A stretch of 64,000 bases of DNA from Elsinoe ampelina (lineage: Eukaryota). Location: positions 492,832 to 556,831 of the forward strand of contig ML992506.1 in the NCBI GenBank assembly GCA_010093995.1, in the 5' to 3' direction. Positions 12,304-25,108 of this stretch are shown here, one piece after another. How positions within the stretch are numbered: position 1 is the stretch's first letter; each line of letters opens with the position of its first letter. The notes under the pieces were generated by a model that was not told the origin of the DNA, did no database searches, and saw nothing but the letters and a program-made list of their open reading frames with translations. The position numbers were made by a program, and so were the translations under genes.

Positions 12304-14795
12304 TCAATCCCAAGCATCTCCCCAATCGTCTCCCTCCTCCGCCGCAGGCTTCGTTGGTGCCGGCTTAGGCGCCGCTTTCGCCGCCGCAGTTTGGGCAGCC
12401 GTCTTCGCCGCTGAGGATGCGCGTGGAGCTGCTGGTCTCGCAGGTACTGCTGTGGACTTCTTCGCCAGTCCCTTCGGCAATGGCTTGCTCGTAGCCTTCT
12501 TACCTTGCGCTTGTGCGTTGAGCCACCCTTCAAAGTCAGGTTCGCCTTGGTCATCATATGATACTGGAGTGGCGGGTTTTGGTTGTGACTTTGGCTTGGC
12601 GACCTCTGGTGATCCCCAAGCATCCGCCACTTCCTCATCATCCATAGCTCCCCAGTCGGCGCCAAAGTCTTCAGTCTCGGGTTGAGGTGATGTTGGGCTC
12701 GAGAAGGAGATCTGGGGTACAGCAGGCGATGACATATTTGATACTGGCGCGAGACGAGCTTGACTGGCGGTGACACCGGTTGGCTTTGAAGCGCCCGTTG
12801 GCGGGACTGAGGTGGGTCGGGATAGGGGCGGTGATGCGACCCCGTTCTTGGCTGTTTGCATCTCCCCACTTGCGGTGTTGAACTTGTTGGTGAAGGACGA
12901 GATGGCCCATCCCGCCCACGTGCTGTCGTTTTGAGGCGTACTCATACGCGGCGCCCCTCCCGCAACTTCAGGAGGTGGCAACATGCTGTCCGCCATGGTC
13001 GAAGCGTGCTTTCGGACTCTCTGAAGGTATACATCCAATGTCTTATTTGCTTGATCTCGGACAAGCTTCTCCTTGTCCACGAGAGATGGACAGATGGCGG
13101 GAAGCAATTTCGTCGCACAATCGTCCTCTGAGAAAAGATCCGCTGTTGCCCCCAACGCAAGTAATGCGGCATTCCTTGCGTGCACGAATGGGTCCCTAAG
13201 AGATCGCGTAAAGGCTGCCACCAGTACCTTGATTCGCGTATTCGGGCCTAGATTCTTCGCAATCTTGCCGAGACAGATGGTAGTGTTGGTGCGAATGCCA
13301 GGCTGGTCGTCGTTTGCAGTCTTGGCCAGATGCCGAAGCAGCTCGCCGTTGATAATCCTGTCGGATAGCTTCGAGATGACCACCAGCACCGCTTTCACTG
13401 TTTGTTCTCGCACCAGAGGAGCCAGATCCGAAAAGCCCGTTACCATCTGTGGAAAGATCTTATCTGTCACAATCTTTTGTGATAGGTGGTCGATCATGAC
13501 AGGGAGATTCTCTAGTAATGCTACACGAAGTGCCCGGTCTGGATTTTGGAAGAGGCGTATGATGACTGGTGTGATTTGCGCCGTGTATTCATCCTCGCCT
13601 AGCTTCTGACTGAATCGCATGATGAGCGAGATCACTCGAGGACCACCGCCGCCGAATTCAGCCGACTTTAGAAGTTCAGGCAGTACCTTGACCTTGAAGA
13701 AGTCCTCGGGGAAATCGTCTGATTCAGCCACAGAGTCCAGCTCGCCCAGAAATTCCTCACGCTCAGTCTCTGACTTCAATCCCAGATTATCAATGCCGTC
13801 ACTCAGCTGAATCAAGGGGGTGTCAAAGTATGATCCCGATCTGATGCCTTGCTCCAAGAAGTGACCGACCGTCAACCTGACCTTTGGACTGGGGTTCAAT
13901 AGCCGTTTGTAGCTTCCTTGCATCTGCGCAGGTACTCCCTTGGTTTGCCCGACCTGATCGGCACCGCTGAATGCTCCAGTGAAGACCTCGGAGATCAGGA
14001 TACCGAAATTGTAGGAGTCCACTGCGGACACCGGACCACGCTTGATGCTGTCCCAACCCCCTTTAGCCACTTCGGGAGGAGCATATCGGCCAGAATCCGG
14101 AACAAGACTACCATATGTCTGTCATTGTCAGATTCATGTCATTGCGCATCGAGTCGTGGTACTGACATAGATGACTGCTTCGTCCTCTTTCATGGAACTC
14201 AAAGCTTCGAGCCCAGCCAATTTCCATTCGCCGCTCTCTCCAGTGAAGACAGAGGATACCCGTACGTTTCCGTGAACAGAAGTTGCCTCGTCATTGATGA
14301 ACCTTAGCGTTTTGGCAATGTTGTGTAGTCCCCACTTTATGCTGCCCTCGGCCAGTGCTTTCCGTCTTGTCTTCCATCCAAGTGGTTCTATGCGTTCGGT
14401 TGCAACATAAATGTACGTATCTGTCTACTTTTGGTGTAACATAAGCAGTTGTACTGGTATCCTTGTGATCGCTCATGCTCACCTCGACTGTGTCCAGCAC
14501 TTTTACGATTCCAGGATGTCGTAATGTCTTGAATTTACGAAGGGCATTCTTCGCAAGGGGTAGTCGCGACTTGTTGGCGACCACATCGAAGGAGAAGATG
14601 CTGCATTTTGAGCCGTCTTCCTGTGGGCATGATTAGTGCCATGTGTAAAGACATGCTTTGCGCTGTTCACACCTTCTTCGTCCCATTGTGCAGCGTCCAT
14701 ATGGATTGATCGATGTCTACTCGGTCTCCAAAGCTGTAGCCGAATGCTGGACCTTTTGCGATTGCAGATGCGACAGCGGACTTGAGAAAGTCCAT
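12304..14795 (-). CDS. CEX1: SCY1-like pseudokinase with HEAT repeats (Cex1/SCYL1)
   Basis: MDFLKSAVASAIAK start; KNALRKFKTLRHPGIVKVLD; IRTNTTICLGKIA and DPFVHARNAAL HEAT motifs; acidic DDWGDAWD C-terminus. Confidence 0.9.
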
Positions 14796-15707
14796 GGCGT
14801 CAAGAGGTGCTTGTAGTTTAAAGATTCGAATGCATCTTCAGTCCTTAGAGAGACAAATGCGATGGGAGGTACCTTCGTCAGTGTCTAAGGGTAGTGATAT
14901 GTCCACAGCGTCAACATTCAAAAAGATGCCAGGTGGATGGAGGGGCACCTTCCCGCTGAGAGCATGTGTGTGCCAAGACATGGATCGGTCAACAGATCGC
15001 TCTTCGAACACGCTATCCAAGTTAATCTCAATTACAACACTCACATACATCGACACACTCGCTCAAACATGACCGATGGTGCTTTGGTATGGGCTCGGAT
15101 ACGGACGTCAAATACGCTACGTTTGATCTGATGGCTCACGCGCTCCACCTCAGCCGACGCACTGTACACGAGCCCTGCTATCGCTCTTCAGTAATCGCCG
15201 CTGTGGTCAGATTACAGTGCCTCGACACCTGACAAGACTCATCTAATTTACAATGGGACCATTGTTCCATGAGCAATTTCTCATTTCAGCATGACAAACA
15301 CACCAAGTAAGCGACCCTTTCTTATCCCTCAACTTCAAATACCACTCATGATGATTTGGTAAAAGAGCTTATCGACTACTCTCTTGCGCTGTGTTTGCTG
15401 TCTGTCTTCAACATCCTTGGAGGAACAATATCTCTCGCACCAGGAATCCTTCCCAGGCAGCCGCGGAGCGAGCAGACACGACGTCGCGAACAGCAAATAG
15501 TGTCTGTCAATGGAGCCGATCATCTAGAGCATTCGATCTTTGGCTAAAAGCACTCTCACACAATTCACAAATCATCTCAATCATCGCAACTACTTTCCGC
15601 CAGGATTCAAACAGTTAACCGCCAAAGGGACGAAGTGATGTTCATCTAAAAACTGAAAAGATCTGACTTCTGCGACATCACCTTTCAGATTTTATTCTCA
15701 CCTTTGA

Positions 15708-18188
15708 TTGTCATTGATCACTAACATCACCTCAGGTGAAGCTCAAGGGCAAGGTCTGGCGATCTCGTTGACCGAGCAGTGGAACGGACTAGGCAAGGAA
15801 CTGAGGAGACGCCATGAAAGGGATCTCACTGCTTCGAAGGATAGTTGCAACGAATCTCACGTGGCAACAAGCCCAGAGACCGATAGGAGTCTGGCACATC
15901 CGAGAACACTCGCAATGTCAACGCCTTTCACTGCAATCAATACTCGACCCTCCACGGCCGTTCATTCTCGAGACACCTCATCAGTCACCTCGGAGAAGTC
16001 ATCAAGATCTTCTACGAGGAAACGAGAATGTGAGCGCTGTAAAACGTACTCACCGCTAGATGAAATCCTGCTGGTCAACTGTGCCGATTGCCACCGCTGC
16101 TTCCACAAGGCTTGCGTCAACGCGAGGGATGATCTTGCCGAAGATGGTCGTTGGCGGTGCAGAAAGTGTACCGAAAGATTGAGCCGTGGTGAACCTAGTA
16201 CACGAATGCCCAACGTACATCCTTCGCAAAGGATAAAGGCGAGACAACTCACCGGCTTGTCAAGTACAAGCACGCCGCAAATCCAGTCCACAGTTGCAGC
16301 TGCCGATGTTTCCATCCCCGCTATCAATTCAGTCACAGAGAAGCGGACCATCGAACAAGGCCAACCAGAAGTACATCAGCAGGAATTGAACAGGAAAGAC
16401 TCGCACGTATCCTTTCGAACGTCGCCTAAGCTGCTTAGCTTGCATCAGTCTACCACCCCGCCGACGCGAAGACATGGAAGCCCAGAACTAGGAGAAAATC
16501 TTGATCCCTACCAGACTAGCAGATCAACGCCCTTGTCCGACGTTGGCACAAGTACACCGCTACTCGGTACAGGTGGTACTCCGGTAGTTGGCGCAGATCA
16601 GGCTCCCTCAGTACCAGTATACACGCCCCATCCAGATGCAGTACCAGGAGAGCGCAGTACACTCTCTCGTGTCATCCTGATAGGTATGGCCCTACTCGAA
16701 GCACCTGGACATCGCCTACAAGCACAGGCAATTCATGAATGGATTGGAAAACATATCCCCGGCTACCATAAAAGCGATAAGCAGATGCACAATGGTGTGT
16801 CAAATGCTTTATCGACACGTTCAAGGGGGACAAATCCAGTATTCGAGAAGCAAGATCCCGACGGACCTGGCAAGCCGTCCTGGTGGGCTATCAAGGCAGG
16901 TATGGAACACAAGTTCAAACCTTGGGATCATGAGAACAAGTGCATTCTAGGGGGCGGGGATGAGACATCCATGGCTCCGCAGAAGCGGAAGCGACAGACG
17001 CTGGATCAAAGCTCTGGAACTGTGACGAGCAATATCACTAATGAGAGCTCACGCACGGCTGATGAGCGCAATCGACTGATGATCCGTCTGAAGCTCCCGC
17101 GTAAGTCAGACGCCGTCACGGCCGACTTTGAGATGCATGATGCAAATAGCGATGGCGACGATGAGGCTGACCCTGACGTCTCTCGGGCACTTTCAGACAG
17201 GCGAGTAGCAGGGACTGTTTCACTCAAAGGCGTCAGCGTACATCTATCTGCAGATAACCCCGACGACCAGGTGCTAGAACGCGACCGAAGTCTTTCGCCG
17301 TTTTCGAGCATGATCTTCAGACCTCCTCCAACGCAAGCAAATGCTGCGCGAGTCACCAGCGAAGAGTCGAGAGCACCGAAGAGTCTGGACTCGCCCGAAG
17401 TAATTGATACATCGGAAGAGATGAATGATCAACCACAAGCGATTGGCAGGCTTGAAACATCGGACGTGATGACCGTGGCTGCTACAGCACCATTGGTACC
17501 TGACGTCAGTCTAGCGACTGCAAAGCGGCTGTCACGTGACGTTGAAACTCAAACAAGCCTACTCCCTGACACATCTTCTGGAGACATCAACACGCTTGAT
17601 GGAATCACGGATGCAGCTAACAATGACTGCCATGCATCGATGAGGGACGACGATTATGAAGCGCGCGTCCTCGCGGGTATCAGCGCCAAATCACAGAACT
17701 TCTCAGTACAGGACCTGTCAGCTTCGTTCCCTACGTCGAAGACCTCTACTCCTATTCCGCAATCAGTCATCAATGCTCGTCCGACCAAGAAACAACGCAT
17801 GCGCATGCCTGGCAATGAACATGTTTCACGCCTCGGTCACAACACCGCCGTCGACCGGTATAAAGCGATATGTGAACACCTTGGGCGGAAGGGAGGTGGA
17901 GATGGCAGTGAGACGGACCAAGGTAACGAGTACGGCGTAGCCGACGTTGACTTTGAGAATTCGCAACCTACGCAGTGCGAGAGTCTGGAAGAGCTAGTGG
18001 AGATGCCAGAAAGTGTGGTGCCGATGTTGTACGATCAGCAGCTGGTCTTTACGGACGGTGCAAAAGTAAGTTCCCGAGGCTGATCGATGATTGCTCCTAC
18101 TGACAAGTGACAGAACAAGAACGCCAGGGGCCGCGCAGGAAGGGCCAAGAATATCTATCGCATCGGAGCGAACGTGCTTCACCGGTGA
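15708..18188 (+). CDS. Protein with a PHD finger and a divergent forkhead/winged-helix domain (5' end unresolved)
   Basis: C4HC3 finger CERC...CADCHRCFHKAC...WRCRKC; forkhead-like LIGMALLEAPGHRLQAQAIHEWI...PGKPSWW. CTAAC..CAG acceptor at ~15721-15735 suggests an upstream exon. Final exon ends TGA at 18188. Confidence 0.75.
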
Positions 18189-18862
18189 AGTCAGATCATA
18201 AGGCACAAGGTCGAGAGATGGTCGATACAAGTGAGAGCTCAACAGTAATGAAGAGCAGTATAACTGCAAGGAGTTGAGGCACGAGCGACGGAGTTTACAT
18301 CTCCAATCAGTGATGCTTGATACCACTGCTCTTTTATCCCGGTAGTGTACCCAGTATTATATCTCTTGCATCATGATATCATGTCAAAGCGCAATTCTCT
18401 CCAAGGGGACACTCCCATGCTACTCACTATGATCCTGGCATATACCCGATCTCGCTCAGCCAAGCACCTCCACCATCCCTCCTCCTTCCTCGCACCATCA
18501 CCATCCACAAACCCCCCTCTCTCCCTTTTCCCCTCCCGAGAATCTCCCCCAACCCCCCTCCTCCCAAAATGCACACCTAAGACGCCTTGGGAGTAATTGG
18601 AAGTGGACTAGGGTCACTTGGAAGTGCAGGGTGGTATCGGTCCATTCGTATGCCTAATGATATAGTCCCGTATCATGTCTAACAATCATGCTTCGTACAT
18701 TCCCAACCAGAAGTTCATACTTCCAAGCAAGGTGCTCTGTGCTAAGTTTCACCCCTTGTCTGACTCTGGAAGCAGTTTCCTGTGTCTCTCCACTCGGCCT
18801 GCTCGCCTCGGCTGCGGTTGCACCCCGATGTGTCAATGTTTCCCTTTATTCCTGTCAGCTCT

Positions 18863-20065
18863 TCAGCCCAAGCCAATCTCCCCCTCTTCATAACCCTCCG
18901 TTTGTTCCAATCCTCGCATCAGCTCCTCCACCTCCCTCGGCTCCGTGACACCCCAGACCCCACCACCCTTCACCGCGCCTTTCATTCCCACCTCCTTCCC
19001 AACAAGATTCCTCCCTACCTTGCCCGGGCCCAGCCCGATCCATCGCCGGACCTTCTCCTCCTCGTGGAGATGTCTTATACTCTCATGCCACTGCACCGTC
19101 TCCACTGCCTGCCTGGCAAGGAGATCCTTCAGCTCTTCACGATTCTGGAACGGACGGGCCGATACGTTCGAGACGCAGGGGAAGATGCCGGGCCAGGCTA
19201 CTATGTCTTCGTCCTTTGCTACGCTGGAAGGTCGGGAGAGCATACTCCTCATCAAGTCGGCGGCAGGGCGCATGAGAGGAGAATGGAATGGTGAGTCGGC
19301 CTTGAGACGCACTGCACGAGGATCGTGTCCGCTGAACTGCCGAAGGTGGGTGAGCAGTTCTCGAATTCGTGTGATGCTGCCGCTGAGCACAATCTGGTTC
19401 TTGCTGTTGATGTTCGCGATCAAGACCTGTTGGAGGGGTGGCAGGTCACTGTCCACCCCACTATCCGTCTTGTTGCCGGTAGATGAATGTCCAAGGAATT
19501 CATGAATGGCTTCAATCAAGGGATCTCTCTTGTCCGGCTCGGTCACGATCGCAATCATTCCTACTTCGCTGCCGAATTCCGTGGCTGCGAGCTGAGAGGC
19601 TCGGGTCATGGCTTCGGCACGCCGCCGGGTGAGGAGGAGAGCGTCGGCGTAGCGCAGGTAGCCGCCTGCTACGAGCGCGGCGAATTCCCCGAGAGAGTGC
19701 CCAAGTACGACATCGACAGTGGAACGTGTGTCAAAGGAGAATTCCTGCTCGAGAACGCGGAGAACGAGGATCGACGTAGCCATGATAGCAGGTTGGGCAT
19801 TGTCGGTAGCGGTGAGGAGTGAATTGGGCCCTTCCGCTATAATGCGAGTAAGGGGCGTCTGTAGCGTGTGGTCGATCTCGTCCAAGAGAGGCTTGACGGT
19901 GCGTGGGAATGCTTGTAACCAGTCGAGGGTCATGCCGACTTTCTGTGTACCTTGGCCCGGGAAGAACAGTGCGGTCCGAGGCCGGCGTTTGTGGGGAGTG
20001 GAGATGGTGGAGGTGAAGCGGCGGGAAGAGAGGGCAGTCGCCCGGCGAGGAAGTCGCGGTGGCAT
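18863..20065 (-). CDS. MCT1: Mitochondrial malonyl-CoA:ACP transacylase
   Basis: FPGQG, AQPAI, catalytic GHSLG, PFHS and GPG motifs; Arg/Ser/Thr-rich presequence. Confidence 0.93.
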   Translation of the reverse strand: MPPRLPRRATALSSRRFTSTISTPHKRRPRTALFFPGQGTQKVGMTLDWLQAFPRTVKPLLDEIDHTLQTPLTRIIAEGPNSLLTATDNAQPAIMATSILVLRVLEQEFSFDTRSTVDVVLGHSLGEFAALVAGGYLRYADALLLTRRRAEAMTRASQLAATEFGSEVGMIAIVTEPDKRDPLIEAIHEFLGHSSTGNKTDSGVDSDLPPLQQVLIANINSKNQIVLSGSITRIRELLTHLRQFSGHDPRAVRLKADSPFHSPLMRPAADLMRSMLSRPSSVAKDEDIVAWPGIFPCVSNVSARPFQNREELKDLLARQAVETVQWHESIRHLHEEEKVRRWIGLGPGKVGRNLVGKEVGMKGAVKGGGVWGVTEPREVEELMRGLEQTEGYEEGEIGLG

Positions 20066-20771
20066 TGTGCTCGAGTATGAGCTCGAGGTTCAGGATGTGG
20101 GGCAGTGTAGCACTTCGGTCGGAGGAGGTGGTGTTGCTGTAGCTGCGGGCGAGTCTACTCCCTGCTGGTTGCGGGGGGAGACCGGTGTAGCATCCTGATC
20201 TCTTTCTCCAGCTGGCAGAAGTCAGCTGTACCGGCGCGGTGGCAGCAGTGGTTGTTGTACTTGGTAGACACAAGCAGGCGGAGACGGAGTGAGCAACTTG
20301 GATGGAGGTGGAGCTCCGCCCCGCTCGGCCAGGCTCGGCAGAAACAACCGAGGATTCCCATTGCGGCTCAAGGGAGATGAGGTGCCACGTGCAGGCGGTG
20401 AATTGGCTTTGGTGATCGTCGGCGTTTCGGTGTTTGTTCTGGCGGATGTGACAAAGCAGTCTTCGCCCTGATGACATCCATCTCCCATCTCGCTTGCTCT
20501 CACTCTCAACTTGCGATGCTAATTTCCATTCACCAAGGCGTACCATTATACCGAGCGAGCATGGTCAGGTCATTGTACGGAGCTACAATCGGTCCGACAA
20601 GGTATGAGAAAGGCTATAAGTATCTCGTTCAATTCCTCTAGAACAATCCCCATTCACAGCTCAGCACACACATCCTTTCATATCATACGCACAACGAAAC
20701 CACAACCACAACCACCTACCATCTGCACCACCCCCAGTAATCCACAGCAAGCTCTCGCCATCACAGCAAAG

Positions 20772-21257
20772 ATGCCCACCGACCTCTACCTCGCCTACAC
20801 CGCCCCCATCAACCCCACCGGCGCCACCCCCATCCTCACCAAACCCCAAGTCTGGGCCGGGCTGCAACGCAAGATCCGCTTCGCCCAAGAATTCGTCTCG
20901 GCCATCGCAACCTGCGACGTCATCAGCGACTCGGGCGAGCGCGAAGTCGTGCGCGAAGTAGTCTTCGCAGCCGACACCTCCAAGCGAGTGAAAGAAACCG
21001 TCGTCTCGTACCGGCCGCTCAAGGTGGATTTCCACCAGGCAGATGGTAGTCTGGTGAGCAATATCGTTAGCGATGGTCCCAGTGGGGCGGCGGAGGATAT
21101 TTTCATGACGTATACGTTTCAGTGGTTGGGGCAGCCTGCTGAGCCGGGGTCGGAGGAGGAGGGGAGGTTGTTGGAGAAGTTCAAGGGGGGAGCGAAGATG
21201 GCGGTTGAGGGGAGTATCGAGACGATCAGGAAGATTGCGAGGGAGGGGAAGGTGTGA
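20772..21257 (+). CDS. DUF1857/AtaL-like SRPBCC-fold protein
   Basis: YTAPINP...LTKPQVWAGLQRKIRFAQEFV...IATCDV...VVREV pattern typical of this fungal family. Confidence 0.75.
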   Translation: MPTDLYLAYTAPINPTGATPILTKPQVWAGLQRKIRFAQEFVSAIATCDVISDSGEREVVREVVFAADTSKRVKETVVSYRPLKVDFHQADGSLVSNIVSDGPSGAAEDIFMTYTFQWLGQPAEPGSEEEGRLLEKFKGGAKMAVEGSIETIRKIAREGKV

Positions 21258-21424
21258 GGAGTTTTATGTTGGTAATTGCTTGATAGCGGTAGCGCTTTAG
21301 CGCTTGGGTATCTAAAAACGCTTCACCCTCTTCGTGGCATGCTCTCCTTTGCACCTGCCGTCGGTGGTCTCGTGCTCCCTGATGCTTTGATACGTAAATT
21401 GTGCTCGAGCTGGAACCCCATCCA

Positions 21425-22910
21425 CTAGTCGAAGAGATCCTCTGCTCGGCGACGTTGTCCTCCACGTGGTCCTGGGAATAGTTCCTTGCCGGCATTGCCG
21501 CCAGATCCAACCCTGTCCGGGAACAGCTCTTTGACTTTCGGATTGATCTCTTTGGCTGCCCCGCGGACACTGAATCCCCCTGCGCCTTTGATGCTGAAGC
21601 CGGTGTCCTCGTTTGGCTGGCTGTTCCCGCGGCCCTCTGGTCCTCCTGATATGCGATCCGCAAGACTGCCTTCTGCCCATTGTTAATCTAATGAGGTTCA
21701 TGTATGGCCTTGGAAACTTACTCGGCGTCAAGATCTGTAGGCTCTCGACCCTGTCCAGTGCATCGCTCCTACGATGGTTGCTGTGCTGAGTCTTGTGAGG
21801 GAAGAGCTCCCGACTGCGCTTTGCAGAATGATTCGGAAATAGCTCGATGCCTCTATTACCATTTGAGAGGGGTGTCTCAGGCGCTGCTCTGTCAGGGAAC
21901 AACTCCTTCTTGCGGGGCTCGCGTGGTGGTCGCTTTTCTGGAGGCGTCCAGCTTCGGCGGCGCGCTCGTTGTCTTACGGGCTGCTCGGCGAATCCATAGC
22001 GCCCATCCCCGTCTGCTCCTCTCACTGGTGATCTACTGCGATCGCGAAGTCTGCCATGGTCCTTTGGCTTCTTGTCGAACAGATCGATGTCCTCGTACGA
22101 TTGTCTCCGCCTGTTGTGCTCCCCAGAAGAAAGGCTTGCGGTCGACATACGTCGGAAGAGTTCTCCCTCGTCCGCCGTCTGTCCTGGCGGAGCATCATCG
22201 TACATGTCCTCAGTGAAGGTCTTCTTCTCTACCGGCTTTCTCCTCCTCTCCGCAGGTCGGTCGTACCTGTCTTCATACCTGCCTCCACGGCCACGTCTCC
22301 CGTCACGTCCGTCACGGCGGTCATGGCGCCTTTCGGGTCTTCTGTTCTCTGGATCATACTCTGGGTTGAAGAGGTAGAAGGCACTGCGATCCTTTGCTCC
22401 AGGCTTCTTCTTGTCGCTTACTAGCGCTTGTCGAATTTGGAATTGCAGGTCTGGTCGCGCGCTGAATGTCTTCGCAGGTCGAAGTTGTGATGGGGGCGGT
22501 GCTGTGTCCTGCACTACACTGAGACGTACAAGAGCTTCGGCAGCGTCCTCGTGCTTGAAGTAGATGATATTGGCGGAACTGTCGTCGATCCACTGTAGCC
22601 TCTTCACTTTACGGTCTGGGATGTGCTCTTCGAGGAATTGTAGGATGACAGGCTCAGCAACCCCATCAAGTCCAGTGATGTGTATCTTCTCTTTCGCAGG
22701 GAAGTCGGCATCAAAGTCCTCCTTGTACGCGTCAGGTATGTCGTCCTTTGGTTGTGGCTGCAGTTCTGCTCCTAGCGAAGGCTCCTTCACCTGTCAGCAT
22801 AGCCCTGAGATTCCAGAGAGATGGCGTACCGTTGCCATGGCCTCTCCCACTGTTGTGCCATAGTCAATTCCGTCCCCAATGTCAATGTCTATATCCATAG
22901 AGTCGTCCAT
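21425..22910 (-). CDS. NCBP3-like (DUF2414) RNA/cap-binding protein, 3 exons
   Basis: KEKIHITGLD...LQWIDDSSANIIY...LQIRQALVSDKKKPGAKDRSAFYLFNP; repeated ELFP motifs; ends RRRAEDLFD*. Confidence 0.8.
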
Positions 22911-23269
22911 CTTCAGCAGTTGTTGGGCCGCACCGCGCTGTCGCGCAAGTAAATATGACGTCGCTGAATTCCTAGAGCACCATGACCAGTGATTGAGTAG
23001 TGCGCAGAGAGACAATGAGTAGCTTGAAGGAGAAGAGTGAGAAGTAAGTTATGTTGTTAGTCAAGGTGGGACAGAAGTAAGTAAGCTGAACTTTGACAAC
23101 GCCGCTGAGCTCAGGTGCTGCACATGCGATTCAGCACGTGGAACAAGAAGTCAAGGGAAGCGGACTGTGAGATGAACATCTATCAATGAAGTGGCCAAGC
23201 TTGAAACTAGAGTGATCCATTACAAGTATGTACATGTGAGCGATCCCCCGCCGACTGAACTACCATCCG

Positions 23270-23986
23270 CTACCACAACTTGTTCCAGTTCCAGCTCGCC
23301 TTTTCTCCTGGAAGCTTGATACCCTCGATCTCTTCTTGTGTCACGCTCTTCCACTCTTCTGCCGGTATCCAGCCAATGTACGCACGGTCTCCAAACCCTC
23401 CGATCCAGTATACTTGATCAACCACGAGCCGAACCCAACGGCTAGCATGTATGCTATTCCCCGGAAGCCATGCCACGCTGTCAGGATGTGACTTGACGAA
23501 GCATGCAGTCACACCCTCCTCCTTGACCTCCTCGTCACTTATATCCTCCAGGTGACCTAGGAGACTGAATCGCGGGAGCGCTGCAGCCGAGTGCCATCTA
23601 CCGTCTTGAGGGTGCCATCGCAGTGACATGGTGATGTTGCTGCCAGCGTTGACGTTCTTGAACGAGGTCGCGATACCTATGGCGAGTATGGTAGGATCAC
23701 CGGAGGCCTCGCAGTCCGCGTAATAGTCCATCAATCCGATTGGAGCGCCTCCGAGACCAGAAGGTCGATTCTCTTGTGCACCTGCATCGGACTTCTCGGA
23801 TGGAAACACTGTCGACAGCGTAGCGAGGTTTGTAAGTCGCAGGATTCTGCGCGCCTGTACTGCAGACTCATGAACAGTGGGGATCTTCCAGTCGCTTGCT
23901 GGCAGGTTTGAGAAGATGTTCTGTGGCTCAGGGAGAATCGACGCCGTGACCTGCAGCGCCAGCAAGGGCAATATATCAATTCTCAT
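23270..23986 (-). CDS. Secreted CREG-like / pyridoxamine 5'-phosphate oxidase-like split-barrel protein
   Basis: Signal peptide MRIDILPLLALQVTA; ATLSTVFP, PIGLMDYYADC, PRFSLLG, HPD, YWIGGFGDRAYIGWI. Confidence 0.82.
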   Translation of the reverse strand: MRIDILPLLALQVTASILPEPQNIFSNLPASDWKIPTVHESAVQARRILRLTNLATLSTVFPSEKSDAGAQENRPSGLGGAPIGLMDYYADCEASGDPTILAIGIATSFKNVNAGSNITMSLRWHPQDGRWHSAAALPRFSLLGHLEDISDEEVKEEGVTACFVKSHPDSVAWLPGNSIHASRWVRLVVDQVYWIGGFGDRAYIGWIPAEEWKSVTQEEIEGIKLPGEKASWNWNKLW

Positions 23987-24386
23987 GATTTTGAAGGGTC
24001 CCTGCCGATACTCTCTGCAGCGCGAGTGTGGACGAGGAGAGAGGCGGCGAGGCGGGGGGCGAGCATGTGATTGATGAAACATGATCTGATACGATAAGAT
24101 CCTGCGGGGTCTCGGCACGACGCACGGTCGACAAAAAATGACTAAAACGCTTGGCGGCCACAGCCCAGATGGCTCGTTTTCGACTTCGTCAAAGTCGCCA
24201 GCTCCAACATTAAGGACATCACCGACAACAGTCAACTTCCTGTGAGTCATCGCAAATCCCGCTGTCACAGTTTTGAGCGCTTCTGGACTCTTGAAATTTC
24301 TACACATCATCCATCATAGCGTCCGAACTGTAGGCTAACCTCGTCCGCCACTCAGACACCCAAAAGCACACGCATCAACCGCAAAT

Positions 24387-24631
24387 ATGGGAAAGGTTCA
24401 CGGTTCCCTCGCCCGTGCCGGCAAAGTCAAGTCGCAGACTCCCAAGGTCGAAGCACAGGAGAAGAAGAAGACCCCCAAGGGCCGCGCAAAGAAGAGGATC
24501 ACATACACTCGTCGTTTCGTCAACGTCACCATGACTGGAGGCAAGAGAAAGGTAAGGAATACAGAGCAGAACTCCGCAAGCATACAACGATGGCTAACAC
24601 CATAAAGATGAACCCCAACCCAACCTCGTAA
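24387..24631 (+). CDS. RPS30: 40S ribosomal protein eS30 (2 coding exons; probable 5'UTR intron 24242-24355)
   Basis: [21 protein letters not shown]...GGKRK / MNPNPTS*. Confidence 0.97.
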
Positions 24632-25108
24632 ACGAACGGCTGTCAAGCATGAGTGGTGATGGGCTTCGGGAGACAGGTGGAAAGCAAGCAGGAACGCTAT
24701 GATTTTGCATGTATGCATTTCGGGAGGCCAACGCTCGCACGAGGAGAAGAGTGTACAGCTGGTCTAGCACGTATCGTTCATCGGGCGGCAGAGGAACCAT
24801 AGCTGAAAAATGCTGGGAATGCCGCACGGGATGTGCGTGTACAAGGCGTTCTCGATGGTGAATTTGAATGCACAACAGTTCATGACACCACCAAATGTGC
24901 CACTTATCGCTGAAATGCTCTACTTGAAAGTACTATAACATCTTCAACACACGTGACTTCAATATGTGTGACTTGTGACCTAACAACCCATCTACCACAT
25001 CCTTCATGCTTCAGTGTCTCCCTCTCCTCCTCTCTGCTTACTTCCACCATCACACGAACTCACCCATGTCCCATCTAACCTAATCCATCCCCTCTCACCA
25101 CTCCCAAA

